A stretch of 64,000 bases of DNA, taken from assembly GCA_977020255.1 (NCBI GenBank), contig CDROCS010002100.1:434001-498000 (forward strand), read 5' to 3'. This document shows, one piece after another, positions 12,623 through 26,049 of this stretch. Positions within the stretch are counted from its first letter, which is position 1; each line of letters begins with the position of its first letter. The stretch comes from Obrimoposthia wandeli. Lineage: Eukaryota. Below the pieces are notes generated by a model. It was not told the origin of the DNA. It did no database searches and saw only the letters and a list, made by a program, of their open reading frames with translations. The translations under genes and the position numbers were made by a program.

Positions 12623-13995
12623 AACGCCTGGAATATTGTCTTCAACAGAAAAACATGAAATTTTAGCATCTGAAGATACCGACCCCCGTTGATAATGTTA
12701 TGAAAACGTTTTGAAGGTAGCTAAAGTTACCTACACTGTCAGCTTTTAAGATCTAATGACTTTACTACTATCTGGGATATATTCGTTTCAAACCATTTGA
12801 TGCAATTACAGGTTAACATAATTTCTTCGAGGTAAAATTCGAATCATTATTTCAAAAACGTATAACATTAATATATTTAATATGGCGATAATATCTCGTA
12901 TATTTATGATTGATTACTCAAAAGTACTTCTTATTTTCCATTATTCTTCATAATATTCCTGCAGCTTAATGGATATTTGCATAGTTTGATACCATTTCTT
13001 ATATAATGTAAATTAGTATAAAAATGTAACTTTGGAAAATTGGCTCATTCAACTTTTTGTAGACCCACGCAATGTTGAAATGCCTGCATATACATGCTCA
13101 CTGCAGCAGGATCAAGTATATCATATAAATATTAGGGCTTTTGTGAGAGATACGTACGTGATAATACTTAAGATATTAAATTCAATGCTAATATTCATCA
13201 GTAGTCAATGAAGTTTCAATAAATGTTCACTTGAACTAGCACTTTTCTTTAATTTAAATCTTATTTTGACGGCTATGTTTAAAATTGTTTGCTAGCGATT
13301 TAATTATCAACATTGATTCAACATGTGATTGAATTATGAAAATTAAGTAGATGTAATAATTGTCATCGTTAACATTGTAGTTATATCAGTAGTAAGATAT
13401 GTATTCTCTTTAATTTAATACGAATAATTTTATCATGAGGTCCTAATAATAGAGCCTCAGTTTTATCTTCAAAAGTTTTGATTTCATTTATTTAGCTATT
13501 TCATTAATAATGCTTTTCCTTTTAGACTGTGATTTCATGTTTCCTAGAATCAAAAGCAACATGAAGTGGTTTGTCTTCAGCATAAATGTGGAAATTAATA
13601 TTATATTTCTTAATAATAGTTATGTTTTCAATCGTAGACATAATTCAAAAGAGTCAGATTCTACAAACACAAGATTTATTCATGTATGCAGGATATTTAT
13701 GAATAAATATTCTCGGTAGGATATTTCTGGCTTCTGATTACATAATTATAACTTATATGATTGAGAAAGTATAAGAGTCAAACACCGAGGAACACCGCAT
13801 TTTAAGTATTCAAAATGTGAGACAGTGGTTACAATTATAACAGATTGTTTGCACAAAAATAAGTAACTTTTAAACCAATTCAGCACCTTTCTATTTATAA
13901 GACTAAAAATCTTTTCTTATTTAAATTTCTAAATTTGAATTAATTTTAAATTCGTTTGAGTTATTTTTTATTCAACTAAAATTGAGTTATTACAG

Positions 13996-14070
13996 GAACT
14001 ATTGAAGACTATCTGAAAGACGTTGAAATCGAAGAATACAAAAGAAACAAACATCTGTGGAAAGAATTAG
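13996..14070 (+). CDS. Exon of a Dpy-30/RIIa-type docking-motif protein
   Basis: TACAG acceptor and GTAAGT donor, phase 1-1, encoding TIEDYLKDVEIEEYKRNKHLWKEL. Splices in frame to the exon at 16048. Confidence 0.75.
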
Positions 14071-15086
14071 GTAAGTAACAATTGATATAAAATTATTTTA
14101 TTTATAATAAAATTATTTATCAAGTAATTTGACACTGTATAAATCACTATCTTATTTTTATACGACATATCAAAAATCTAAATAAACATCATTATTACGT
14201 AGCATAAAAATAATAAACTTATATTCTATTCTTGTTGTCTAATGCTACTAACTTATAAAGCCAGTTTATTTGTTCATTTTAATATTATACATTTACTTAC
14301 CAAATTAGACGATATAGTTTATTTTTATAAGATCAATAGTTAACACAAAAGTTGTAAAAACAAATTTTTTTAAAATAAAATAATCAGAGTTAATCATAAC
14401 GAATAATAGTAAATTACTTTGGCTTGATTTATTCAAATATAATTTTCAGCTATTCTATCTTTTATACAAAAATAAATTACATTTCAAATGCATGAAAATC
14501 GGAGCTTTAACTGGTTCCAATATATAGCTCATTACGATTAATATAAAGGAGAGAAAATAAATGTTCATGTCAGTACCTATCTTATGTCCTAAATCGTTCA
14601 CTTCACGTTAATTCCTTTGATGATTTAAAAGTAGCTAAATATTGATTTCGATCATTCTTTTACAAAAAAAATTAAATTCTTTTAAAATATAACGTTATTG
14701 TTCAAATTATCCGTATCAATTTATATTTACCTAAGCCATATTTACTTACAAACATAAGAATAAATAACCAAGAGCAAAAAGTACTTTAACAACTATGACA
14801 AATGAAGTTGTTTATTTCACTAAACAAAACATCACAAATTCATGGAGTATTATGCTGCACATGTATAGCAAAGAATTCCTAACCAAGGGTTCATTTTTGT
14901 TGCATGCACAAAATGGTTATTTACCAATAATTGATGTAGTTAAACAAGCTTTAATTTCAAATCACTGATTAATTATTATATTATTTTTTGTAAAAAAAAA
15001 AAAAATGTAATATCTATAAATTATTTATTAGATTTTTTTCTACTTAAAAAATTGCAAGTGAAAGTTTATGAGTATGTAATTTATAT

Positions 15087-15900
15087 CAGGGGTGGTAAAC
15101 TTATTTGGAGTACGATCGACTCTAAAAGATGAAAACAAGTGGCAATCGATTAACACAAAATAATCACAAATAACTGTATATTATTATTTATAAGATGTTG
15201 AAAACAGCATTAATGACACGTATTTGAGTTTTCATGTCTTGTACCTAATCTTTATAGTAAGACAAATACAATTTGAGGAATCGAATATCAAAATCTTTCA
15301 TAATATCAATAACTCAACAACAAAAATCTGTACTAATTTAATGAGTACATTGACAAGTTCCTGATATACATAGCTTCTTTAGATATAAGAAAATTTCAAG
15401 TAAAAATCAAAGTACGTATGCATTGAAGATTATCACTAAGAACATAATTCAGGCATTTAAATGTATTTTAAATCATTTGACATCTTGCGATGATAGGGTT
15501 AATTTCAAAAACGTAATTTCGATTGTTCCAAATGCTGCAAAGGTATTTTTCTAAATGATCTTTTAGATTTGGGAAGAACTAGAAAGTTCGTTATTGAAGA
15601 TCAAATATTAATGACGGTCCCATTCTTCCCTTTTTATTGTAGATTCAATACTCTCAATTTACCAGTAAATCGGCAATAAAAGTCAAGTCTCAACCAATTT
15701 CATTGAAAATTTTATTGATTTATTTGAAGAGCTATTACACTTGCTAGAAATAGTTACGTTTGACTGTTAAAAATTTAATGAAACTAAATAACGATAGTAG
15801 ATCAGTAAAATTAAAAAATATATAAAATTTCGAAATATGTGATAAATTTCTTATTGTATACGCAATCGACTAGAAAATATTTTACATACTTTTGAATTTT
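15087..15900 (-). mobile_element. hAT element end and transposase C-terminal remnant
   Basis: CAGGGGTGGTAAAC hAT-type end at 15087; minus-strand remnant resembling 'F..RF' (MKDFDIRF). Inner boundary approximate. Confidence 0.45.
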
Positions 15901-16047
15901 ATAATTATGATGCTAAGAAAATTTAGTGGTGAAAATAGACAACTACTAAATTAATTTGTCTATTTTGTGATTAAGAACTTTTTCTCAAATATTTACTCTA
16001 TAAACAAATTTTAGGTCATCTTATTTTCACTCTTCACTTCATTGTAG

Positions 16048-16166
16048 ATCGATATTTGACAAAGGGTTTGGCTGTGATCGCGAACAACCGACCTAGTGAT
16101 CCCATCAAGGCTCTTGCTGATTGGCTGAGATCTTCTGCGGAGGCTGGATCAATGGACACTTTCTGA
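16048..16166 (+). CDS. Terminal exon encoding a Dpy-30/RIIa dimerisation-docking motif
   Basis: After the ATTGTAG acceptor: DRYLTKGLAVIANNRPSDPIKALADWLRSSAEAGSMDTF*, matching 'L..GL..la..rP.DPi..LA.wL'. Confidence 0.8.
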
Positions 16167-16899
16167 CTACGTTCTTCTTCCGGTAACCCCTCCCTAGTCT
16201 TATAAATCCATATTTACACCGATTTTCACTCATATATTCATTGTTATAAATTTTCCAGACTTTGTCATTCCATTGCCCTCTCCCACAATTCAGTGTAGTC
16301 TGAGGTTTCAGAACTCAATTGTATATAAAACGGTAGCGTTCTCATTAAAAAATCCCAGATTTGAGTAAAAGTAATCTCATATTAAACCTTTCTTTTTCAG
16401 AGACTATTGGATCCGGCTCTTCTGTGAAGGAAATCAAAATCAAAACTTAACTACTTAAATTAATTAATAACACAAAAAAATATTTAGAATAAAAACTAAA
16501 TATTAAAAAATATGCTTTCATAGTCGACTCCGATTCTGCAAATATTAATTATCCTTAATTAACAAAAATTATAACCAAAATATAGTTCACAAAGCAAAAA
16601 TATTATCAGATACAGTCAAAGGTATTTAAATTATTAAAACATATATTTAGTATACTTTAACCAAATTATCATTTACCACATGTATTCTTCGGAAGAAAAA
16701 ATTGTAAAACGATCAATAAAACTTTACATATATTTATTAAAGAAAATGAAAAACTTAACTTCTAAGAAAAAATATATTTAAATATACAAATATAATAAAC
16801 GAAATGTCTACTTTCTTTAGAACCTTTATTTTCTAAAACTTTAAATAAGCAGTCATGGTATTCTTGGTATAAATTACCGATCGTTGTCGATCTTATTGC

Positions 16900-17760
16900 T
16901 CAGTATGATGTCAAAGCGTTTCTAGAAATGGAAAAGACTCAAAAAAAATAAACTTCAATCTTCATTTTTTCTCAGATATTTTTAATCAATGGACTCTTAG
17001 ATGGTCATGGAGACGTTTTATTTCCCGATTCTTTGTTGTATTCAGTTTTTATAGTTGTATTTCTACAATCTGGCATTAGAATCTTGAAATTTAGAATGTT
17101 TTCAAATATTCTCTTCAAGTAAAAGTATTTAATCACTGCATAATATTTTCTTATAATTTCCTCCATTCAAAGTCCTGTTGCTTTTTTTAATAGTGAAAAA
17201 TCCGTCAGAAACTATAAATCCATAAATCCGGATCCCATCACAATCTTGGAATCTACCTTTCTTCAGATTATAGGTCTGAAAATAAAAACTAGCGTTTATA
17301 AACTGCTGATCTATCAAGCAAAAATCGACATTCATCCAAATAGAACTTTTGAACAGCTTACATTATTCCTAAACCATACCTTTATCATTTTGTAACTCCT
17401 GCGATACAAACTCTTATAATTGATAAAACCTTTGAATTAAAACGTCTAATTTTGTTTTTTCTTAAGATATTGATCGATGTTTTACATTCTTTCTTTATTA
17501 TTGCTTTATTAAAACTTAATTTTCTATCTATATTGCCTCTGATACATTTTCTTTGATATTGTATACTGTTGGTCGTGATACTTTGAATATTTGAGAAATT
17601 TTGACTATTGACACTTTATCATTAATTGCGTATTTAATCAAATGTGTAATGTCTTGGGATATGTTACATTTGATAGAAGTTTCATTTTTGATGGGAAAAT
17701 GTAAAACTAATAATACAATCGAATTTCATATCAAATATTTATAATAATTATAAAAAAAAA
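16900..17760 (-). pseudogene. Tc1 transposase remnant
   Basis: Minus strand reads VQKFYLDECRFLLD (FSDE.RF.LD motif) and includes ORF 17129-17335 (..IYGFIVSDG..LNGGNYKKIL). Confidence 0.6.
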
Positions 17761-18845
17761 CATTTGCACATTAATTTAATTATAAAAAAATAACGTAATT
17801 TAAAGTAACTTCAAAGTTTTGCAACAAAGCGTATACTTTTCTTGTCCTTACAGATATCTATCCAAAATGATAAATCCACGAATTCTGCTTGAATGAAATC
17901 TAATCCGTAAATGTCCATTGTATTTACAAAATAATGATATTCATTTGATCCAGGCTAACCATTGTTTGGAAAAGGGTATTTTTAAAAATCTCGGTTACCT
18001 CATACTGGGCACGGGACTGATATAATACTTTCTTCTTTCTGTTTTTTTATATTTGTGCTATAAACTGCTTTAGAATTGATAAAAAAAAACGATGTGAAAT
18101 TTGGACTTTTTGTGAAAACAACATTAACACTGAACATTACCCTGAGTCGACTCTAGCGCTGTGGCTAATAATTTTGGCACTTCTAAAGTCATTCTTGGTT
18201 GAACACTGTTACCCAACTGTGAACCCGACTGCAAGTTGGAGAACGAGGTGCTCTCTTCTACTACTGACTGATATTCGTTCAAATATTTTGAATTTGATTG
18301 CTAATCATTGCTAACTTCGTAAAACACATTGGGCATATTGACAATTGATATACTACTTAAATTGCCAAGAATGCATTGAGCTAAATAAGTTTTGGAGTAA
18401 AAAATTCTCGTAATACACTTCTAAGTAAATTGAAATCACTACATTACAAAATTGAAAATGTCTTGCAAAATAAGATGAAAAGTACAGGAAAATATTCGAA
18501 AAATATACAGAGATTTTTTCTGTATTAATTATATTTTAAAATCTTATCAATAAAATAAAACAAATATATTTATTTTATGGTAATTTTAATATCAATACAA
18601 CATTTATCACAATTTTACTTGTTATAAAACAATAATAATCTAATGAATCATGTAATATTAAGATAAATAATAAGCATGTTGCTATAAATAGTTAATATAT
18701 AAAGTATCTTTTGTGTAATATATAAAAATTAATTTATATATTAATGTTCTATTTTATGATATAATTATTAAAAGATCTTCAAAATAAATCCCGTTTAAAT
18801 GACTAAGCTAGAAATAGCCATATTTTCAATACGGTTATATTTTTT

Positions 18846-19270
18846 GGGGCATTTAAAAAACTACTTTTGGCATTTAAATTACCACTTTGGGCATTTAATA
18901 AACGGCATTTAATTTACTAGTTTTTGGCATTTAAATTGGTATCTTTTGGCATTTAAATTACTACTATTTGGCATTTAATTTGCTACTTTGGGCATTAAAA
19001 TTACTAATTTAACTAAATAGTAATTTAAATGCCAAGAAGTAGTAATTTAAATACCCAAAGTAGTCATTTAAATGCCAAAAAGTAGTAATTTAAAAGCCAA
19101 TTTAGCAAATTAAATGCCTATTTAGTAATTTAAATGACCAGAATAGTCATTTAAATGCCAAAAGTAGTAATTTAAATGCCAAAAGTAGTAATTTAAATGC
19201 CAAAAGTAGTAATTTAAATGCCCAAAGTAGAAATTTAATTGCCAAAAAGTAGTAAATTAAGTGCCCCGTT
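18846..19270. repeat. Foldback element: inverted arrays of a ~21-bp unit
   Basis: About 8 copies of GGCATTTAAATTACTACTTTT followed directly by about 12 copies of its reverse complement AAAAGTAGTAATTTAAATGCC. Confidence 0.9.
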
Positions 19271-19909
19271 AATTACATGCCTTTTCAATATGCAATCTTT
19301 TATTAAATATACGGTCAAACAGTTTATTTGAATAGTGCATCTGGGTATTATCGCACAAATTTCGAATTACTACCGTTTAATCCTGTACATACGCTATATG
19401 AAGTTCTATTAAGCAGTTTTTTTTCAACATGAGATCTTCTGACTGTGATTTGCAGACAGTTCGGTCAAAAATATCAGATCATATATTCATGTATATTGTA
19501 TTGAAAATACAACAAAACAAGTACAGAGATCTGAAACAACCTCGAGCAAAAATCAAAAGTTTATTTGATTAGAAAAATTCCTCAGCTCCTCAAATTAGAA
19601 GAGTCTGATTAAGGTAGGTATTTTTCCTTTCAATTCACTTTCGAATCTCACAAAACACAACTACCTACAAATCACACAAACATCAAAATCAGGCAACCGT
19701 TTCTGTGTGTATGGATGTGTGTGTGTGTGTACAAATTAAGCTCCTACGACTTGAGTTATGGTGTAATCGTGTCTGTGTATGTGTGTAGTTGATCGAGCAT
19801 CATTTTAAAACTTCAATCGAAATTGGAGGCAGTTTCTTTTCATTATGTGAAGCGGTTTCTGGAAGACGGCTATTTTTGTGTATCGAGTATAAATGATGAT
19901 AATAATTCG

Positions 19910-20330
19910 TAATATAGTTGTAATATAGTTGTAATAATAATGGGAGCTGACAAATACACAATATAATAGATACACTATACAGTATACGGCGCTTGAAATA
20001 GGAGCAGTAGCAGCAATAGTAAATCTTCAGCTGTGTGTTTTGTTCCACCACCAATCGCAATTTGTAGAGAGCGATATCAGCTCAAGTTGAAATGTGTAAC
20101 TTTCAGTCACACTACTTTTATTGCTGCCAGTAGTAGAGTGCAACTTAAAGACGACACATGAGGACTTTTTAGTGGAATCGAGGCCACGCTCAAGTGTTGT
20201 TTATTGCCAATTAACGCCAATTGTAACTGTCATTTTCTGGAATGGAGTAACTGTCGATCGGAATGTCATTTTACGGTGAGCATTAACATTAATTTTTTTT
20301 AAAACTTTTTACAATAACTTAAAATATAAT
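19910..20330. mobile_element. Solo-LTR-like GC-richer island
   Basis: Non-coding island beginning near TGTAAT, with composition like the better-defined solo LTRs. Boundaries not proven. Confidence 0.3.
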
Positions 20331-21989
20331 TGTGAATATGTTTTGAAAAATTAGTTTAGTTTCTTAAAGTTGCTCTTAAGTTAAAGGCATCTTCAAAAAT
20401 ACGATTTGCTGTAATGTTGACATACTATTTCTTGAGCAATGTAACTAATCATTTGAAGTAAAATGAGTACTTATGTAAATATGTAATAACACAGCATTAA
20501 AATTGAAATAATTCGGGAGTTAAATAGTTTGACATAATTTAACATTATTCTAGTTTACCTTTTACTGGAGTTCAAGAAGAATTTCACATTATTGGTTTCG
20601 ACGAAATATAACTTCAATTATCTTTATAATAAAATTATAATTCTATTCTATGTAATAAATTCGGAAAATTTATGTTGGCTACATCTTCTTGGAATTAAAG
20701 AGATCTGGTGAAGTGGAATGACGCAAACATGCATTTCCATTTAAGATAATATAAATGTAAATTGCGTTAATAGCTAATGATTACTCCTAAAGGTACGTCT
20801 CAGAATTGTTTTCAGCTGAGTGGAATTAAGTGACATATTTTATTGTAGCTTAAAGTAGATGTCACATTAACTATTTCTAATACTTCTTCAACATTATTTT
20901 AAAAGTCTCTCAATTTCTTATGCTTTGGATAACTTTTGTCTTCTTGTTTTAGTGGAAGTTTACACAATTATTTTTGAGATTTATTTTTATGATGAAAATT
21001 TGATTACCGATAAATAATTGTAGAATATTATACCTTTCAAAGGTTTTGTCAAGCAAGCTCCAAATAAGTATGTAAATACATAAATTAAGCCTTAAATCTA
21101 TATTTCCTATTCGATATATTACAAGGTATAAATTACTTTCGGACAATTCATCATGCATATTGAAAGATAGAAAAATTAATATTTGTAGGAACAATAAACT
21201 AATGTAATTTTATAACTTATGTTTTATATGCATAAAATAAATTGTTTATTAAATAATTTAGCCACAAATTTCACTAATATGTAATCTAAATATATTATTT
21301 TATCAGATGTTGCTGTAATTATTTGAAATAAATGAATAAAATAATAAAATAATTATTTAAAATATTATTGAATTTGCACATGATCATTTATTGTAATTCT
21401 TTGTTTACAACATTGTATATAAATCTACATTATAAAATATTGCTATTTACTTTAATTACTATTAAATAAATTTAAAAAAACATATATTTGTTAAATAAAT
21501 TACAGTCGCAATGCAAACATGCACAAGAATTTCATAATATATTTTGAATTTTACTGAAATGAACTTTTCTACTGTTTAATTTGTGTAAAACAGAATTTTA
21601 TTATTTTCAGAATAATTGACTTAATTTTGAATTCAATTATAGTTCCTACAAAGAATATTTTGAACTCGAAATAATGATTCTACTTCCTTGTTATGTGATA
21701 AATTTATTATTATTTCTACAAATAAATCTAAAATATTTGTATTTGTTTTAACAAATCAATTAAGAAAATAATTTTAATAAACATTTTAACCAAAATAAAA
21801 TCAGTAAAATAATTTTTTTGCTTGTTGAATTTTTAAAAATAATATTTTAAAAGTTAAATTGTAAATGCTACTAATAACCATAATCCACTAATTTACTTCC
21901 AAATTAAATTAAATGATTGCAAGAAAAGTATATTTTAATCTTAATATTCGTAATAAAATTGTCTCAACTAGAATAGAAGCAGTTTAAAA

Positions 21990-22300
21990 ATTAAATAATC
22001 CAAAGGCAGCACTGAAATCTCTATGTGATTATTTTACTAAACAACATATAAGTTCTAGAAAAACCTATAAAAATATGTAGCATAAACAATTATTGGGAAA
22101 GCCACAAGATGTATATTAGGATATTTATTGACTGGTTACATTCATAAGAGTCCATCGGGCTATACTGCAAAAGTTCAACCACTAGACGTTTATTTGAAAT
22201 GCCTATTAAAAATAATATTATTTTATATGAAACAAAGTTGATTAAAAGTCTTTACATGATATTGTTTTTTTGTCATTCTCAGTCTTCTTTCTCTTTCTTT
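21990..22300 (+). pseudogene. pogo-like transposase remnant
   Basis: PSGYTAKVQPLDVYLK at ~22150-22200 matches the pogo 'P.g.T..lQPlDv' motif. Confidence 0.65.
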
Positions 22301-25299
22301 GTAAACATGAAAATTCTTTTTAAAACTTGAATATGTGGTCATCAAATGTTCCTGGAATTTGAAACATGTGTGTATAATTATTTTACTTGGTAAATGACAT
22401 TTTCATGAAATTCATTGTTAGTTTTATTTTAGTTTTGTGACACTTTTATGACATAATTTTAATTTATTTGTATCATTTATTGAATAACTTTTAGATTGAA
22501 AACATGTTGCTCATTATATTTGATTTTACCTTTTACATGTCATTTATGAAATATATTAAAAAAAAACTTTAAATTGTAAAAATATGTCAAATGATGTGGG
22601 AAAATTTTGAACGTTCCCCAAATAAGGGAGGAAAGCCAACCTATATGTTTAAAATTAACTTGTATATAGTTTAATTGACATAATAATATTTGATTTCATT
22701 GTATAATGACTATTCATTTTAATTTAAAACCGAGACTGGAAAACGTAGCATTAGAAATGGTTCTGTCTTCTGATTCATAAATTTCTTCTGGAAACTTAAA
22801 TTTTGAATGGGATTTGTATTTTCGATGTTTTAATTTACCTTTGCCATTTGTTGGAATTCATTTAGTTTGTACCTTTGTAAATGTATATTTTGTTCTGAAA
22901 ATAATCTCCTTAATTCAGCTTACTATGTCGTTTCCTTTTTAGATATTTATATGTTAATCTCCCTCCAAAAGTTTGCAAATGTAAGTCATTTTTCATGTAA
23001 AATTTAACAAGAATAATTATGTTTTGATTTCCATTTTGCATTTTAATTGCCTTTTCGTTTGAGAAAATTTAAAACATTTTCTTTCTTTATATCTGAGTAC
23101 AAATAAAATTTGAGTGCAAATGAAAATTAGTTGAAAATTATTGGAAAAAAATGACAATTTGCTTCTTCATTTTCAAGAAAACAATAATAGAAATTAAATT
23201 AGAGCGTAATTCGCGGAGTTATTCACACGCAAAGAGAAAATTTATATTTATAGTAACACAAGTGTGTGAAAAAATTATTTGGTGGGGGAATATTTTCGAG
23301 GCCTCTCAATCATGATGAATGGCGGGAGGAATTTTTTCCCATAATTTCCGATCATACCGAAAACAGGGGAAATGTGTTTTTTCGGAAATCCGAAAATCGC
23401 CGCAGCAAAACTCGAATATGTGTGTGAATATTTATTATTTTCGAATAAACTCTTCACCTACTTGTAGCCAATAGACTGAGCTACCCTTTTCATATTCCTT
23501 GTTGTTTTATAAATTATTGTGACATTCTAATTAAATATGACAATGATACCTAAACTCTACAGTAGTTTTTACCTTGTTCAACGGCCTTCGCTGCAAATTA
23601 AGGGAAATCACATTTGAACGAATTATTTATCAGATTTGGAAATAAAAGTACAGTCTGAAACAAAGTTCCATTGACTATTGATAATAAAGTTTATTACCAA
23701 ATATAAAAACAATCAAAACTCGTCGTATATTAATTATTTGAAAAATCTTCACAAAAATGGTTCTTCATCGGAGTCAACAATGAACCTCATGTTTCATAAG
23801 AATTATTGCAACGTAAGATTGGTTATGTTTGGAATCAGCTTGCATGCAGTCAAGATTTTAATTTCTTTCTTAATTGCTTATTTAATTTCTTAATATATAA
23901 GCGCAGTCACAGAAATTTCAATAGTTATCATGACTTAAAGACTTCCTTGATAACACTTGTAAGGCAATTGAATGGGAGCAATTTTTGAGATTAATTGAAC
24001 AATTATTTTATGATTTAAACTTTTAAAAAAATGTATATTTAAACAATTTTTTAAAATTTAGTTAAACGTTCTGCAAAACTAAACTAATAATTAACTTAAC
24101 GATGGATATTACTCATTTTATTTAACATTACTGCTATATGTATCTAATGGCAAGGTTAAATGTATTACATGAACTATGTATTATGTCAAAATGTAAAAAT
24201 TCAAATTTTTATTCAAACTCATTTCTTCACCCCCTAAAATACTGAAATTTCCCCAGGGTGAATTCCCCACAGTTTTGGGAGCACTGATTTAAAGAAATGA
24301 TAGAAGGAACTGATAATTATTTGTATTTGCTGGAAGTCTTATTATATTCAAATAAATATACGTTGTTTGTGATATTTTGTAAAATGTAAAAAATGTAAAT
24401 CATTAATTACTCTGATTATATTGAATAACTACAAAAGTCTGATAATTTCTAAAAATAAAAAACATGCAGAAGCAATTTATATATTAATTATTATTTTCTA
24501 AGAAATAAAACGTCAATTTGCTTTCATTGTGCTTATTTCATGTTTCCATTACACACTAGTTCCAATTTCATTATACATTTTTAGAATATTTTTACAGTCA
24601 ATTTTAGAATTTGCGATTGATTTTAAAACACAATTTATTTTGTACAGTAAATACACATTCAATTTCTGTTGTTGTTATAATATTTTTGAATCCTGTTATT
24701 AGATTATAAGGCACAAATAAAAGTAAATTTTATAGGTTAATTATCAAGGTTATTTGAGATTTTTTAGTGAATTTTTGCTAACTACCCCAATTTGACTTTA
24801 ATGGCTTTTTACGACCAGATTCCTTTTCTACTGTTATCTTCAAAATATTATTCAAAATTCAATGGTGACAGCTTCAAAAGTATCTTTTAGTTTTAGCATT
24901 TTTAGATAGTTTACCATTTATATTTCTATATAAATAATTAATGTCAACATTAAATAAAATGTACAAGAAAAGTGCAAAGGACTCCCTGATTTCGAAGCCT
25001 TATCAATATTTATATTGGTTATTTAGTTAAAAAAAACTAAAAATGGTTCTTCATTATTAAATTTTTATCAGTTATATTATTAAATAAAATAATAAAAAAT
25101 TAATTTAGCGTATTACTGTGATTATCTACTGGTTTTGAGTAAAAGCTGAGAACGGTAGCGCAGAGGTTCGTTTTTATATATTAAAGTGGGTCATTAAAAT
25201 AACCGTTTTCTATTTAAAATTACCAGCATCACTATCAATGATTTGTTTCTATCTTTTTATAGATTCTTTGAATTTAGATTCAAAATTTTTGAATCTCCA

Positions 25300-26030
25300 T
25301 ATCGAAATTCTATTAGAACCAGATCTGATTGAGTGCACATATTTCTTGGGTTCTTTTCAAGGTATATGAAAACAGCATTATCATGTTGAAGTTTAACTCG
25401 CTTTCTAATCATTGAAGCAGGTTAATCTTTAGCTTAAACTTCATAGACCTTCCGGTTGTCTACAGTAATAGTCTGAGCTTACCATTTGACATTTATCTAA
25501 CAAACTATAATGAATGTATAGCAAAAAGCACCTCTTCGAGTTAGCAAATCTTATTTGATCCATGCCAAGCTTTAAGTAGCACACCAAGGGCGACGTCCAT
25601 TTTCAGGCTCAGCACAGATCATCGCCGACTCCAGTCCCCACATTGACTGTCAACCTGCACCCAGCTCACTTGCACCAACTTCAACCAGCTTCATTGAAAT
25701 TGAACACACTGTTTGGGCTTCGTCAGTCCCAAAACAAGGTCAGTGCTGACCTAAAATAACAACGTATATGGTTCAAATCTTGTAGCTTAAAAATGCACTT
25801 TTCTGTATAAGGTTTATTAACAATATTAATAACTTAAAAGCGCTTCTAATAAATTTTGAAAATTACGTTCTTCAACAGCTTCTTGAATTCTTCAACATTC
25901 TTACAGTTTCTTATATTCATCAGTAAATTGTTGTAAATATTTAAATCATAAAATACAATATTCCATAACTTTATTTGAGAAATTCTTAGCCAATCTGGCG
26001 TCAACATCGTACATAAGAGTACCTGCAACG
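25300..26030 (-). pseudogene. LINE (L2/CR1-like) 3' remnant
   Basis: ORF 25846-26028 ends ...YNNLLMNIRNCKNVEEFKKLLK, resembling the 'WN.LP..IR....FK..LK' C-terminus. It is interrupted by an LTR-like island near 25600-25750. Confidence 0.45.
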
Positions 26031-26049
26031 GTAGACAGGAATTATGGTC

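Noticed and set aside
12606-16166. Fusion of the Dpy-30 motif to the cyclase C-terminus
   Set aside because: Both splice options I could build end in stops (12622 or 12692), and no in-frame path to 13996 was found. Only RNA data could revive it.
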